Part shown: positions 23,987 through 34,643 of the stretch, one piece after another
Layout of the letters: the number at the start of each line of letters is the position of its first letter
Position numbering within the stretch: the stretch's first letter is position 1
From: an uncultured Candidatus Rokubacteria bacterium
Lineage (GTDB): Bacteria; Methylomirabilota; Methylomirabilia; Rokubacteriales; CSP1-6
DNA: 64,000 bases
Assembly (NCBI GenBank): GCA_963754315.1
Contig: CAVWFS010000005.1
Location: 32,001 to 96,000, forward strand
Direction: 5' to 3'
The notes under the pieces: model-generated
The model's input: only the letters and a program-made list of their open reading frames with translations
What the model was told of the DNA's origin: nothing
Databases searched by the model: none
Made by a program: the position numbers and the translations under genes

Positions 23987-25429
23987 ACCTTCGGAGATCG
24001 AGGATCCGCCATACCGCCCTGATCTCGGCGGGCGTCACGATTCTGAAGCCCAGCAGGAGGGCGGCATACGCCGTGAGCGCGAGTCCACAGAGCCCGACAT
24101 TGAGGGGCCCTGAGGCTCGAAACCACAGGAGCGGCACGAGCAATGCGCCCAGGCCTGTCACCCAGACCCAGGACCGCACGGCCGGGCCCATGACGTCGCG
24201 CAGACCCCAGACCAGGCACGCAGCGGACAGGATTGACGCGGCCAGCACGGCCACGCATGCGCCGAAGCTCCCGTGCCACGCGACGAGGGGTACTCCCACG
24301 GCCCAGAAGGCTCCCAGGCGGACCGCAGCCGCGAGCACGGGGGGCCGTTTCCGGGCGAGACTTACCGCGAGGGTTTCCCCCACGACGCTGAGGGCCAAGG
24401 TGCACAGGCTGAGCATGAGCGGCCAAAGATTGGCCGCGACCGGCCTGTAAACATGGCCGAGCACGAGGGGCACGAGATCGTCGGCGAGCCAGACCGTACC
24501 GAGCACGGCGACCACGCCTGTGACCGAGAGCCACCGCACCAGATGGGCAACCGGGCCCCGAAGCTCCTGTCCCGACCTGCGGGCCCCCCGCACAGTGAGA
24601 AGCGGCGTGAACGCGGTGGTGAACTGTCGGATCGCTGACACCGCAACGAGGTAGACGCTGTTGGCGAGCGTAAAATAGCTGACCACCGCGTAATTCCCGG
24701 TGACGGCGCGGATAGCGGCTCGCCGCTGGCCTGGGCGGCGACGATCAGAAGCCGGCTCGCGAAGAAGGCCGCCCCGAAGCGCAGGTACGGCCCGATGTAC
24801 GACGCGTCCGGTCGAAGGACGTCGTGGCTGACATACGGCCAAGCCCACGCGATTCCGAGTGCTAGCACGAGGAGGTCAGCGAGAAGCCACCCGACGCACG
24901 CGCCGTCGAGGCCACCCGCTAGAAACCCCAGCGGCACCGCGGCCAAGATCAACCACCGTCGCGTGAGTCCGCCCAATCCCCAGCGCGCAGCACGATTCAG
25001 CCCCAGGAAGATTGCGAACAGGACGCTCGCGACCGCCCCCACGGGTACGGTCAGGGTACTGGCCAGGATCACGAGCCCGTCGAACTCGCGGAGCCAAAAC
25101 AGCCCGAGCGCGAGGTACACGACGGCGGCTGCCGCTCCGCTCATGGCCCGGACCGCTACCAGGTGGCCGCACAGCCGCCGGAGACCACGCCAGTCTCCGG
25201 CCGCGACCAGGAGCGGCGCGTACCGCCCGATGACGTCGCGCAACCCTAGCCCGCCCATCAGGATGAGCCCACCGGCGAGCGAACCCAGGAGGGCATAGCG
25301 GCCGTAGATGTCCGGCCCCATGAGTCGCGGCACCAGCACCGCGAAGAGCAGAGCCGCGAGGACGTGGCCCACCCGCTGGAGCACGAGAAGACCCGCGCCT
25401 TGAAGGGTCTGCCGCGTGTCGAAAGTCAT
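23967..25429 (-). CDS. Wzx-like oligosaccharide flippase (frameshift near 24715)
   Basis: PRLMGPDIYGRY, GLGL, VSYFTLA, LVLGHVY; many TM helices. Confidence 0.8.
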
Positions 25430-25485
25430 GCCGCGGCAGTCTACCTTGGACGGGAGAATCAAACATCAACCGACGGACCAGCTGG

Positions 25486-26184
25486 TCACGGTCGGCACGG
25501 CTTGATCGCCTCCACGGGCGGCAGCCTCTCGGGGGGAACAAAGACGGCGAGGTAGCCTTCGCCCGGCGCTAGCGACAGGAAGTCCACCTGCCGGTACCCG
25601 ACGGCCGCGAGTTCGCAACGCAGGAGCGTGGGGGGCGTCCCGTGCTCTTCCGTACGCCGCTCCGCATCGACGACTCCCACCCGCGCCCCGGGGGCGAGGG
25701 TCGGCTTCAGGTGGTAGAGGAACTCGAAGGGGTTCTCGATCTCGTGATACATGTGCGCCAGGATCGCGACGTCGACCGCGTTGGGTGGCAACCGCGGGTG
25801 ATTCGGGTCTCCGAGTACGATGGTCACCCCTTCGATGCCGTCCCGCCTCAACCGCGCCTCGAGCTGCTTCAGGTAGTCGGCCTTGATGTCCTCGGCGTAA
25901 ATCGTCGCGCCGGGGCCGAGCCGGCGGGCCAATCTGACCGTGTAGTAGCCGCTCCCCGCCCCGATGTCGGCCACCCGGACCCCAGGTCTGATGCCGAGTC
26001 GATCCATGACGCGCTCGGCTTCTCGGTGGCGGTCGCGTGAGGGCTCGTCCGCTCGAATAGGCGAGATGATCGGCGCCACGGGACGATCGGGGACGGGAAA
26101 ATGTGGGGCCGGCGCTGTTGCGGCGACCGCCGCCGCCATCAACGCGATCACGATGTGAAGGGCGCTGACGATGACCCCAACCAT
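25486..26184 (-). CDS. class I SAM-dependent methyltransferase with signal peptide
   Basis: VADIGAGSGYYT, YAEDI, HMYHEIENP. Confidence 0.9.
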   Translation of the reverse strand: MVGVIVSALHIVIALMAAAVAATAPAPHFPVPDRPVAPIISPIRADEPSRDRHREAERVMDRLGIRPGVRVADIGAGSGYYTVRLARRLGPGATIYAEDIKADYLKQLEARLRRDGIEGVTIVLGDPNHPRLPPNAVDVAILAHMYHEIENPFEFLYHLKPTLAPGARVGVVDAERRTEEHGTPPTLLRCELAAVGYRQVDFLSLAPGEGYLAVFVPPERLPPVEAIKPCRP

Positions 26185-26295
26185 GGCAAGACAGGGAAGT
26201 CGCCGGAAAAAGCCTTGCCAATTGGCCTGTTTTCACGGGTTCCGCGTACCTTGTGTCGAGCCACTATCTCCCAGTACGACGGGATAGTACGCTGC

Positions 26296-26317
26296 CGGTG
26301 ACACTGGTAGTGACACT
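26296..26317 (+). repeat. left-end tandem GTGACAC repeats (putative integrase arm-type sites)
   Basis: GTGACAC at 26298 and 26310 (12 bp period); CGGTGACACTGG at 26296-26307 is identical to 37084-37095. Confidence 0.7.
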
Positions 26318-26433
26318 CCCGATCCCATCTCGCGGGCACAGTTGGGTAGCTCCAGACGCTGAGGGCCCGGCCCTCGACGGGCCGCCCACGAGAGTCCTTC
26401 TTCTCGTCGAGGTGAACTCGCGGGGGCGAGTCC

Positions 26434-26966
26434 ATGGCGAACCGACGTGCCCGTAGACGACGTCGACGAAGCGCGGGGATGGTCGAAGAGGTTCTCGGTG
26501 CGCTCATTCGTGCCATCGAGGAGCTCAAACGTCGGCTTCCTCCGGAAGCGCTGACCACCAAGCTTCACGAACTTCAGGCATTGGTTCCCCTCGATCCTGC
26601 CCGGGTGCGCGCGATCCTATTCCCCAATGACCGCGACCCATGGGATGAACTCGTGGATTATTTCGAGCTCCTGCTTGTCACGCGACGGCTCGCCAGCTAC
26701 CGCCAAGCAGCCCTGAACATGTGCGGCGTGCTGACCTGGAGGAGGACGCGCTCGAGGCGCTCATTGCCATGGCCGAACGTGAACAGGCGCGCTTGTCGGC
26801 GCTTGTCGACGCCGCTCATCTCGTCAAGGGCAAGCCCTGGGGACACCCGCCAGAAAAATACTTCTCGATGACTCCGGCCAAGATTACGGCCCGAGACTGG
26901 CCCTGGAATGATCCGAGCAAGTGGGGATGGTTCGGGGATCGCGCCATTGCGCTCGTCGACTCCTGA
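26434..26966 (+). CDS. hypothetical protein of the element (frameshift near 26725)
   Basis: ORFs 26434..26871 and 26721..26966 join into one helical protein. Confidence 0.5.
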
Positions 26967-27512
26967 CGCCGTTGATTTCCGATCTCGTGGGCACGGCCCG
27001 AGTTACAGCGAACGGTCATGTCTCGGGCTCTCGCTCGTCCTCCGTACAACGCGCAAGCCCTCACGATTGCCGCCGAGCTGATGACCGCTGCCGTACCGGC
27101 GATCCGCACTACCCGTTCTTCCCAGGCTGGACCTTCACTGCGCGTGATGTGAAAGCCCGGGTCCAGGTTCGGCACTGAGCTCGCTCCTCCTTGAGTCGGT
27201 AGCTTCACCCCTCCCCGAAGAGACACGAGAATACGCATCGACGCCCCTGGGATGACCGTGGTTTCGTGATCGCGTGCCGTTGCGAATCCGACCCCAAGCC
27301 GTTTGACGAGTCCCGCGAGGCGTTGCGTTCTGACGACCCCCTTGGTGTCCGTCGTCTAGCTCGCATCACGAACAAGGCGCCAAGCACTGCGCGTCGAGGT
27401 GGCTCCGAGGCATTCACCGACCGAATCGTCGATCGCGTCAAGATCTTGCACCAAGCCCGGAGTTTTGCTGCTCCTCCCGCCCACCCTCCTTCACCGGACA
27501 CAGGAGACCGAA

Positions 27513-28011
27513 ATGGACAACAGCGAACATCCCCAGCCCGACCCCGTCGAGCCTCAGCCGGCACCAGCTCCAGAGTCCCCGCCGGCACCGCTGCCGAGCC
27601 TGACCGTCGGAGACCTCCCAGGTGGCGTGAGGCTCCGACATCTCGACGACGGAAGTGGCGGAGTGTGTCCACCTCCGTGAACCTCATCACCGCGAAGGAC
27701 CTCGAGCCGGGTGCTCGCTACGAAGGGAGCTGGGCCGGCGCCGGCATGTATGCGTGGCCGAATGGTGAGACGAACGGAGTTCCTCACCCTGGAGACGAGC
27801 GATGGTCCCAAGTCGATCGCCATCACGGCCGCCCACAAGGAGCTGGTCGCGCAGGCGCATCTCGGCGACTGGGTGCGCGTAGCTTTCGCGGCAAGGAGGC
27901 CATGAGGGTGAACGGCCGCACCTTCAACGCGTGGGACTGTGAGATTGCCGACGAGGGCGATCCGGACCCGGACCACGCCAACCAGGATGACGACGACGAG
28001 GCGCCGTTTGA
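27513..28011 (+). CDS. putative single-stranded DNA-binding protein, frameshifted
   Basis: RBS AGGAG; beta-rich core (LGDWVRVAF.GKE...GRTFNAWDCEI) ending in the acidic tail DDDDEAPF; directly upstream of the primase. Confidence 0.55.
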
Positions 28012-30584
28012 GACCCGTAGGCGCTGGCTGACCGTTCAGCCTGAAGGCATCCCCGACTACCTTCCGGCGCATCCCGCAGTGGGTGCTCTGGAAGGCGGCC
28101 GAGCGTGAGGGCAAGCCGACGAAGAAGTGCGCCCACCAGATCGGCGACCAGCGGCGGAAGGCCGCCGTCGACGATCCGACCACATGGGGGACGTTCCAGG
28201 ACGCCGGTCGAGGTCTACTCGCTCGGCGACGTCGATGGGATCGGCTTCGTGCTCACCGATGAGACGCCGCTCGTGGCCATCGACCTCGATCACTGCATTG
28301 ACGAACGCGGGCAGGTCGCCCCGTGGGCCGAGGCCATCCTCGCAACAAGTTGTGAGGTTATGCGGAGCTCAGTCCGTCCGCAAACGGGTGCGGCGGTATT
28401 TGATTACGCGCCTTCTTGCCCCCACCGGCCGCAAGAAGGGCGACATCGAATGCTACGACACCCTTCGGTACGTCACCGTGACCGGACTCCGGCTCGGAGG
28501 CATGCCGGCGACCATCAACAGCCGTCTCGACGAGATGCTCACGTGGCATGCCGAGGTCTCGGCCGCCCCCCACGACGAACGGCATGTCACGCCGGTGCCG
28601 ACTGTTGGTGCCACGCACAGCAGGACTCTGGCGGTGCGCGTATCCCTCATCAAGGTCGCAAGCCGCCAGGAGTCACCCGGCCTCCGAACTGTCCGACGAC
28701 GATCAGACTCTTCTCGAGAAGATGTTCGCCGCCACCAACGGCGACCGCATTCGTGCGTTGTGGGATGGCCGCTGGGAGGGTTCCTTGCGCAAGCCAGAGC
28801 GAAGCCGATCTCGCCCTCTGCACGAGCCTGGCCTTCTGGTGTCAGAAGGACCCGGCATGGATCGATCACCTCTTCCGATTGAGCGGGCTCGCACGTCGGA
28901 AGTGGGATACGCGACGAGGGGCCACCACCTACGGCGGCCAGACGATCACCAAAGCCGTAACCTCGACGACCGAGGTTTACCAGGGACGACGCGCCACGAT
29001 GACGGCTGAGCCTGCTCCTCGTGTTCCCGGTGGACTGCTCTGGACGCCGCCCGAGCACCGCCCTCGCATCAACACCGGTCAGCTTCTCGACACCATGGCC
29101 AGTGAGGCCTGGCAGGCCATCGACCAGGCCAACGAGCCCCCGCGCATCTTCCGGTACGGAGACACGCTGGCCTGGCTGACCGACGGGGCCGACGATCAGC
29201 CCGCCGTCGACATGCTGAAGCTTGAGCGCGTGCGGCACCATCTCGCCGACGTCGCGAGCTTCTTCAGGTGGGTGACGACGGGCAAGGGCGCCTCGCCGCC
29301 GACGACGAAGGACGCCCTGCCGCCTGAGGCACTCGCCGCCGACCTTCTGTGCGTACCACGCACGACCCTACCCCGACTCACCCGTATGGTGCGTGTACCC
29401 GTCTTCGCCCTGGATGGTCGGCTCCTGACGGAGCCAGGCTACGATCCGGCCAGCGGCCTGTTCGTCGCCCTACCGGCCGACCTGCGGGTACCCCCCGTCC
29501 CCACGCGGCCGAGCGCATCGGAGCTTGACGAGGCCGTCGGCTGGGTGACCGACGAACTGCTGGAATTTCCCCTTCACCAGTGAGGCCGACCGCGCCCACG
29601 TGCTGGCCCTGCTCCTCACGTGGTGGCTTCCGCGAACTATCGACGCCCCCGTACCCCTGTTCGTGTTCTCGAAACCGCTCCCCGTACTCGGGGCGACCCT
29701 GCTCGTCCAGTGCCTCTCGCTTGCCCTCGGACGGGCGCCGGTCGCCGTCCGGACCCTGAGCCCCAATACCAATGAGATGCGCAAGCGCCTGACCTCTGCG
29801 CTCCTCCCAGGGCCGGCCATGGTGCTCTTCGACAATGTCCACGGCCGCCTCGATAGCGACAGCTTCTCGGCCATCCTGACCGGGACCACGTGGATGACGG
29901 CACCTCGGTCGCAACGACCGCGACGTCAGCATTCCCATCCGCGCCACCTTCGTGGTGACCGGCAATAACCTCGCCCTGAGCCACGAGATGGCAGGCCGTA
30001 GCGTGCTCGTGCGCCTCGACCCCCGTACCGACGACCCCGGCCAGCGGACGGGCTTCCGCGCCATCCTGACCTGCTCGCGTGGACCCAGGCACACCGCTCC
30101 CGGCTGATCTGGTGTGCCCTCGTGCTCGGGCAAGCCTGGCTCGCCGAGGGGCGCCCACCCGCCTTGGTGACCTTCGGCGGCTCGAGGACCTGGGCCCGGG
30201 TCATCGGAGGGGCGCTCGAGGTCGCCGCAGTGCCCTGGCTTCCTCGCTAACCGGGAGCAGGTGATGGAGCACGTGGATGACGGACCAGTCACGTCCGGGG
30301 CTTCTTGGCGTCTTGGTGGGAGCGACACCGCGACGGTCCGCCTGACCGCCAAGATCCTCCTCGAGGTGGCCAAGGATCACGTGCTGCCCATCGCGGCCAA
30401 GAGCGAGCAGGCCCAGCTTACACGGCTCGGTCGCTTCATTGCCTCGCTGCAAGATCGTCGGTTCGACCTGGGGAGTGGACTCGTCGTTGTCGTCCGCCGT
30501 GACGGTGAACTCAAACGCTCCGTGCTCTGGAAGCTTGGTGAGGTTGACGAGGTAGGTGAGGTGAATCCCATTCCCTTCCCGTAG
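28010..30584 (+). CDS. NrS-1-like primase-polymerase + helical bundle + helicase-like ATPase, frameshifted
   Basis: PQWVLWK, DPTTWGTF, GIGFVL...AIDLDHC, YAELSPS, IECYD..RYVTVTG, SQSEADLALC..LAFW, LFRLSGL.R.KW, then FPF..EADRAH, KP.P..GATLL, LFDNV, VTGNN, RLDP. Confidence 0.85.
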
Positions 30585-30644
30585 GGGGGATTTCTAGGGT
30601 CTACAGGAATAGGACAACACTCCACCACACTCGTCAACCTCGTC
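30537..30644. promoter_or_regulatory. putative replication origin: 3+3 inverted 9-bp iterons around a less GC-rich spacer
   Basis: GGTGAGGTT/GACGAGGTA/GGTGAGGTG at 30537-30563; inverted copies at 30618-30644; perfect 12-bp IR GAGGTTGACGAG (30540) / CTCGTCAACCTC (30630). Confidence 0.65.
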
Positions 30645-30797
30645 ATCGGCCTCCGTGATTGGCCAGGAAGGAGGCGCCGGGTGAGACGGGGAAAGCCGCA
30701 TGCCCAGGATAACCACCGAGGTTCTCGTCCGCGAGACCCTGGGACCCGCAGAAGCCGACCCCTGCCCTGGGTAGGCAGTGGCGTCTCGATTCCGTCA

Positions 30798-31030
30798 ATG
30801 CCGGTGCGCCCTTCCACACCGAGTGTCACCACAGTGTCCCTACAACAACGGCTCCTGACCGTGCAGGCTGCGGCGACCTACCTGGGCATTTCGACCTGGC
30901 GAGTCCGAGGGCTGATCCATCGAGAGGTGCTCAAGCCCGTCCGCATTCCCCTTGGTGACGGGCGCGAGGAACGGAGTTCCTCCTCGACGTCGCCGACCTC
31001 GACAACCTGATCGAGAGGTGGAAGCAATGA
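30798..31030 (+). CDS. excisionase-like (HTH_17/MerR-type) DNA-binding protein, frameshift near 30975
   Basis: RLLTVQAAATYLGISTWRVRGLIHREVLKPVRI...FLLDVADLDNLIERWKQ*. Confidence 0.8.
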
Positions 31031-31536
31031 GCGATTCCGACCCCCGGCGGAACGAATCGACGCATCGCGTCAAAAAGTCTCGAGCCTAATTTCTGGGAAC
31101 GGAAAAGAGGCTGTCCCTCCACCCGCTCGGCGAAGTCGCGGCACGACTGGAATGAAGTTAGCCAAGGGTTGGGCGGGAACCTGGGGTCCACCCACCGATC
31201 CGCGTAGCCGTCTCGGCCGCCTCATCACCCGGATCATCAAGGAGGAGCTCGAACCTCTCTACGGTCGCCCAGAGAAGCAAGCCCTCGTCTCCCTGATGAG
31301 AGAGACCGCGACATGGAAGGGTATCGCCAGGGCCACGCTCGCCTCACTGGGCATGACCAAGGACGCGACCACGCGGAAAGCGGCACGGCGCGCGCATGGG
31401 TGCGGCGAAGGAGCTGGAACTGTCCAGGATCGTAGGGTTTCACCGGCCCCGGCAGCCGCAGAGTGCCGCCGAGCTCATGGCGATCCACGACGCTGAGAAG
31501 GCCAAGAAGACAACCCCGCCACGGAGGACCCGCTAA
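31027..31536 (+). CDS. hypothetical protein, possibly small-terminase-like, frameshifted
   Basis: ATGA-coupled to the HTH gene; DPRSRLGRLITRIIKEEL...; helical; lies upstream of the capsid. The function is a positional guess. Confidence 0.4.
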
Positions 31537-31687
31537 TGGAGGAGAAGAGGGCCACGACGTGGAGCGACGTCGTGGAGTGGATTCGAAACTACGAGGCGCG
31601 GCACCGCTCACGAGCCCGAGCCGGACGACGAGCCCACCGAGGGCGACCGTGCCTGGCGTGAGAGCCAACCCTCCGAGGAGGACTGAC

Positions 31688-33061
31688 ATGGACGCGGCAA
31701 TGCATGAGGCACGGGTGACGGAGGTGACGGGGGCGTTGTGCGACCGCTCGCCGAGTCGGAGATCAGGCTCGCGGCATGGCGCGAGTTGGAGGCGCGGATG
31801 CGCGGGGAGATCGCCGACGCGGATGAGGTGCTCGAGGCGATGGCGAGGAGGGGAGCATGACACCACCGAGTGGCAGCACGGCGACGGACCCCAACCGGGG
31901 GCGCGCCTATTTGTTTGCCGATTCACCGGCCGTGATTCACGACCCGATGGACAAGCTGACGGCGGGCCTCGATGGACTATCTCGGCGTGCCGGCGGGCGG
32001 GACATCCAGCGACGTGGAGAGTCCCGTCTTCTCGCCGCGACGCAGAACAGACTCCGGGCGCAATGGGAGGGGGTGGAGCGGGCGCGGCGGGAGTATCCGG
32101 CGATGCGGGTGCGGTAGCTTGGGTCACGCGTACGAGGTGGCGGCCGGGCATCCGCTCGCGGGGCGGGCGAAGGAGGTCGGCGGGCACGGCGACGTTTGTG
32201 CAGGCGTTGGCGAATGCGTTGAACATCAGCTTGGTGGCCAGCTATGCGAACGCTGAATACTTCGAATGGTCACTCACCCGCAGTGTGCGCGCGACGGAAT
32301 TTCGTCCACGCAAGGCGGTGACGATCAGCGAGTCGACGGCGGGTTGCCGGTCGTGGCCGAAGGCGGCCCGTACCTCGAGATCCTGACACCGAGTGAGGAG
32401 GCCAAGACGTACACGATTAGCAAGCACGGCGCGCTCCAGGTCGTGACGTTCGAGCCATCCGCAACGACAACGTGGGCGTGGTGAGTCGCATGATGGAGGA
32501 CGCTGGGGCGGGCGGCGCGCAAGGCCTATGCGGAGCTGATCTGGCGTCTGTGGGTCAGCGAACGCGAAGAGTAGTGACGGCACGGCGTGGTTTAGCGTCA
32601 CGCATGCGAATACGGGCACCTTGGCCCTTGACGTCGCGGGCGTCGTCGCGGCCGTGAAGCAACTCTTCGAGCAACATCCACTCGGTTCTACTAGTCGAAT
32701 CGGCGTGCCCTTCATGCCGGGGCGACTCTACCTCGTGTGTTCAAGCGCGTCGTGGGATGCCGCGTGTGAGGTGAATCAAACGGTGAGCGAGGCGACGTAT
32801 CACCTCTTCGGGCCGCAAAACGAAAACGTAGTCGTCAACCCGCTCCTCGAGGGCACCGCGTGGGGCGTGCACCGTCGAAGCAGCGACGTGCCCTCGATCG
32901 AGGCGGCGTTTCTGGACAACGAAGAGCCCGAGCTTACCCTCGCCGACGATCCGAAGGCGGGGCTGCTCTTCAGCGAGGACAAGGTGGTCTACAAGATCAA
33001 GCACACCTACGGCGCTGGCGTCGTCGACCACCGTGGGGCGACGAAGCAGGTGCCGGCGTGA
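31688..33061 (+). CDS. phage major capsid protein (Mu gpT-like, HK97 fold) with short N-terminal scaffold-like segment, frameshifted
   Basis: LAESEI.../DPMDKLTAGLD; TATFVQALANALNISLVASY; LPVVAEGGPY; EEAKTYTISKHG..VVTFE; IEAAFLDNEEPEL; FSEDKVVYKIKHTYGAGVVDHRGA. Confidence 0.8.
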
Positions 33062-33106
33062 ACCATGGTTCTCGCGAATTTGTGAGAACCCGTAAGGGAG
33101 ATAACC

Positions 33107-33325
33107 ATGGACGTGAGCGAGAGCGACCGCAGGAACACGGAGCAGATCCGACGGGCGCAGTCGGAGCAGAGCGGATTACCCGCGTCGAAGGAAGCCATGA
33201 CCGAGCCACCGCCACCGCGTGAGAACCGTAACGCAATTGGCGAGGGGATCATGGGCTCGTATGTCCGTAATCAGGATCGACCCCACGTCGGCGACGACAT
33301 GGTGCCACCGATCCCGAGACCGTAA
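33107..33325 (+). CDS. small hypothetical protein
   Basis: 72 aa ORF with RBS AAGGGAG, immediately after the capsid gene. Confidence 0.5.
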   Translation: MDVSESDRRNTEQIRRAQSEQSGLPASKEAMTEPPPPRENRNAIGEGIMGSYVRNQDRPHVGDDMVPPIPRP

Positions 33326-33538
33326 GCATGCTCGAGCACGTCAGGTGTCGGGAACGTGCACGAGACGCACACCTGCTCTTGCCCGACGGCGGGAAGATCC
33401 GGATGGATGTCCTCCTTCCGTCCTCCGCCCGTCCGCACCCGGGAGCGGGGGTTATCCGAGGAACGAAAGGAGGCGTGAAGGGCGACGAAGCCGATGCCGC
33501 GCGGCGGAAGTTGGTGCGCGCGGCCTCGGCTCCGACGG

Positions 33539-33946
33539 CTAGGGCCTCAGGAAACCAGCAATCATGCAGAAATACTCACTCCGACCCTCCGCATGCTCAG
33601 TCGTCGCGCAGGTGATTGGCGCCCCTTTCGGCATGATCACCCCGGGCTCGAAAGTCTGGCATCGGTCCGTATGGGCGATGCCGAATCCCCCGGCCAAGAG
33701 GAACATGCCGCCATTCACGGGACCAGCGCAGAACTGGGTCAGGACGAAATCTCCCGTGTGATCCGTCGTGTAGACGGTCTGGGCCTGGTTGGCGCCGACC
33801 CAGATCGACGCGCTCACCAGCTGTGCCCCCGGGGCCGTCCTGTTGATGTTGGGCTTCGAAAAATTGAGATTGGTTGCCGCCCAGGTCATCGACACCATGG
33901 ACAGCATCAGTCCAGCAGCGATCACGATCAGGAACAAACGTCGCAT
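33539..33946 (-). CDS. secreted hypothetical protein (cargo)
   Basis: Signal peptide MRRLFLIVIAAGLMLSMVSMTWA; 4 Cys; RBS AGGAGG. Confidence 0.75.
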   Translation of the reverse strand: MRRLFLIVIAAGLMLSMVSMTWAATNLNFSKPNINRTAPGAQLVSASIWVGANQAQTVYTTDHTGDFVLTQFCAGPVNGGMFLLAGGFGIAHTDRCQTFEPGVIMPKGAPITCATTEHAEGRSEYFCMIAGFLRP

Positions 33947-33973
33947 CTGTGCCTCCTATTGGCTTGGGTGAAC

Positions 33974-34348
33974 TCAGAAGACTTTTGGCCCGCTGAACGC
34001 GAACGGGGACTCATAGAGGGTCGCGGATCCCTCGACGGTGGCACCGAGAAGGCGCAGATTGAAACTGCCCGCCTCGAGCCCGTCGCCGTAGGACAGCGTC
34101 CCTTGGAGCCTCTGCTCAGCGTCGAGGGTCCCGAATCCGTAGAAGTACTCGCCGAAGAGCGGATCGAGGAAGGCGATGCCGACCGCGGCGCCGTCCTGGA
34201 GAACCACCAAATACAGGAGGTAGGGATCCGTGTCTTCGGCGGTCGCGGTCAAGGCGTAGACGCCATCGAGCGGACCGACCGCCTGGGCCACGCTGACGAC
34301 AGCGAGAAGGGCGAGCAGAACGAGGGCAGCGACTGAGCGCGGAGCCAT
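33974..34348 (-). CDS. secreted hypothetical beta-rich protein (cargo)
   Basis: Signal peptide ending AQA; alternating beta-strand pattern; RBS AGGAGG. Confidence 0.75.
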   Translation of the reverse strand: MAPRSVAALVLLALLAVVSVAQAVGPLDGVYALTATAEDTDPYLLYLVVLQDGAAVGIAFLDPLFGEYFYGFGTLDAEQRLQGTLSYGDGLEAGSFNLRLLGATVEGSATLYESPFAFSGPKVF

Positions 34349-34450
34349 CCTGGTGTGTCCTCCTGCACGGGCTGGGGTATGAGAGGGCGGGGCCTGGAGG
34401 TTGCCTACTCATCCGCTGGAACGTGCGCAGCTAACCTGATAACCACCACG

Positions 34451-34466
34451 AGCGATTCTCGTGCCA
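34451..34466 (-). promoter_or_regulatory. sigma54 (-24/-12) promoter for the cargo genes
   Basis: Minus strand TGGCACGAGAATCGCT = GG-N10-GC, about 100 bp upstream of the 34348 start. Confidence 0.6.
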
Positions 34467-34643
34467 ACAGAGGCAAGATGGAGTTTTCGACTGCAAAAAC
34501 GACCTGAAGCGGGCCTCGACTACGGGGCCTAGGGGTAACCGCCATGACCCTAATTCGGACATACATGTCATATGAGGAACCCCGAGCGGCGTCTCACGGT
34601 GGAAGTGAGTAACCCCGGGCGGGGGTGGTACCATCCTCAACCA

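Noticed and set aside
26180..26290. att core shared with 37100-37200 (TTGCCAATT vs TTGCGAATT, GTCGAGCCA vs GTCGAAGCCA)
   Set aside because: The matches are short, imperfect and not collinear, so the core cannot be called.
31688..33061. Encapsulin nanocompartment
   Set aside because: The motifs and the integrase/primase context fit a phage-type capsid, and no cargo enzyme is adjacent. Not excluded without a structure search.
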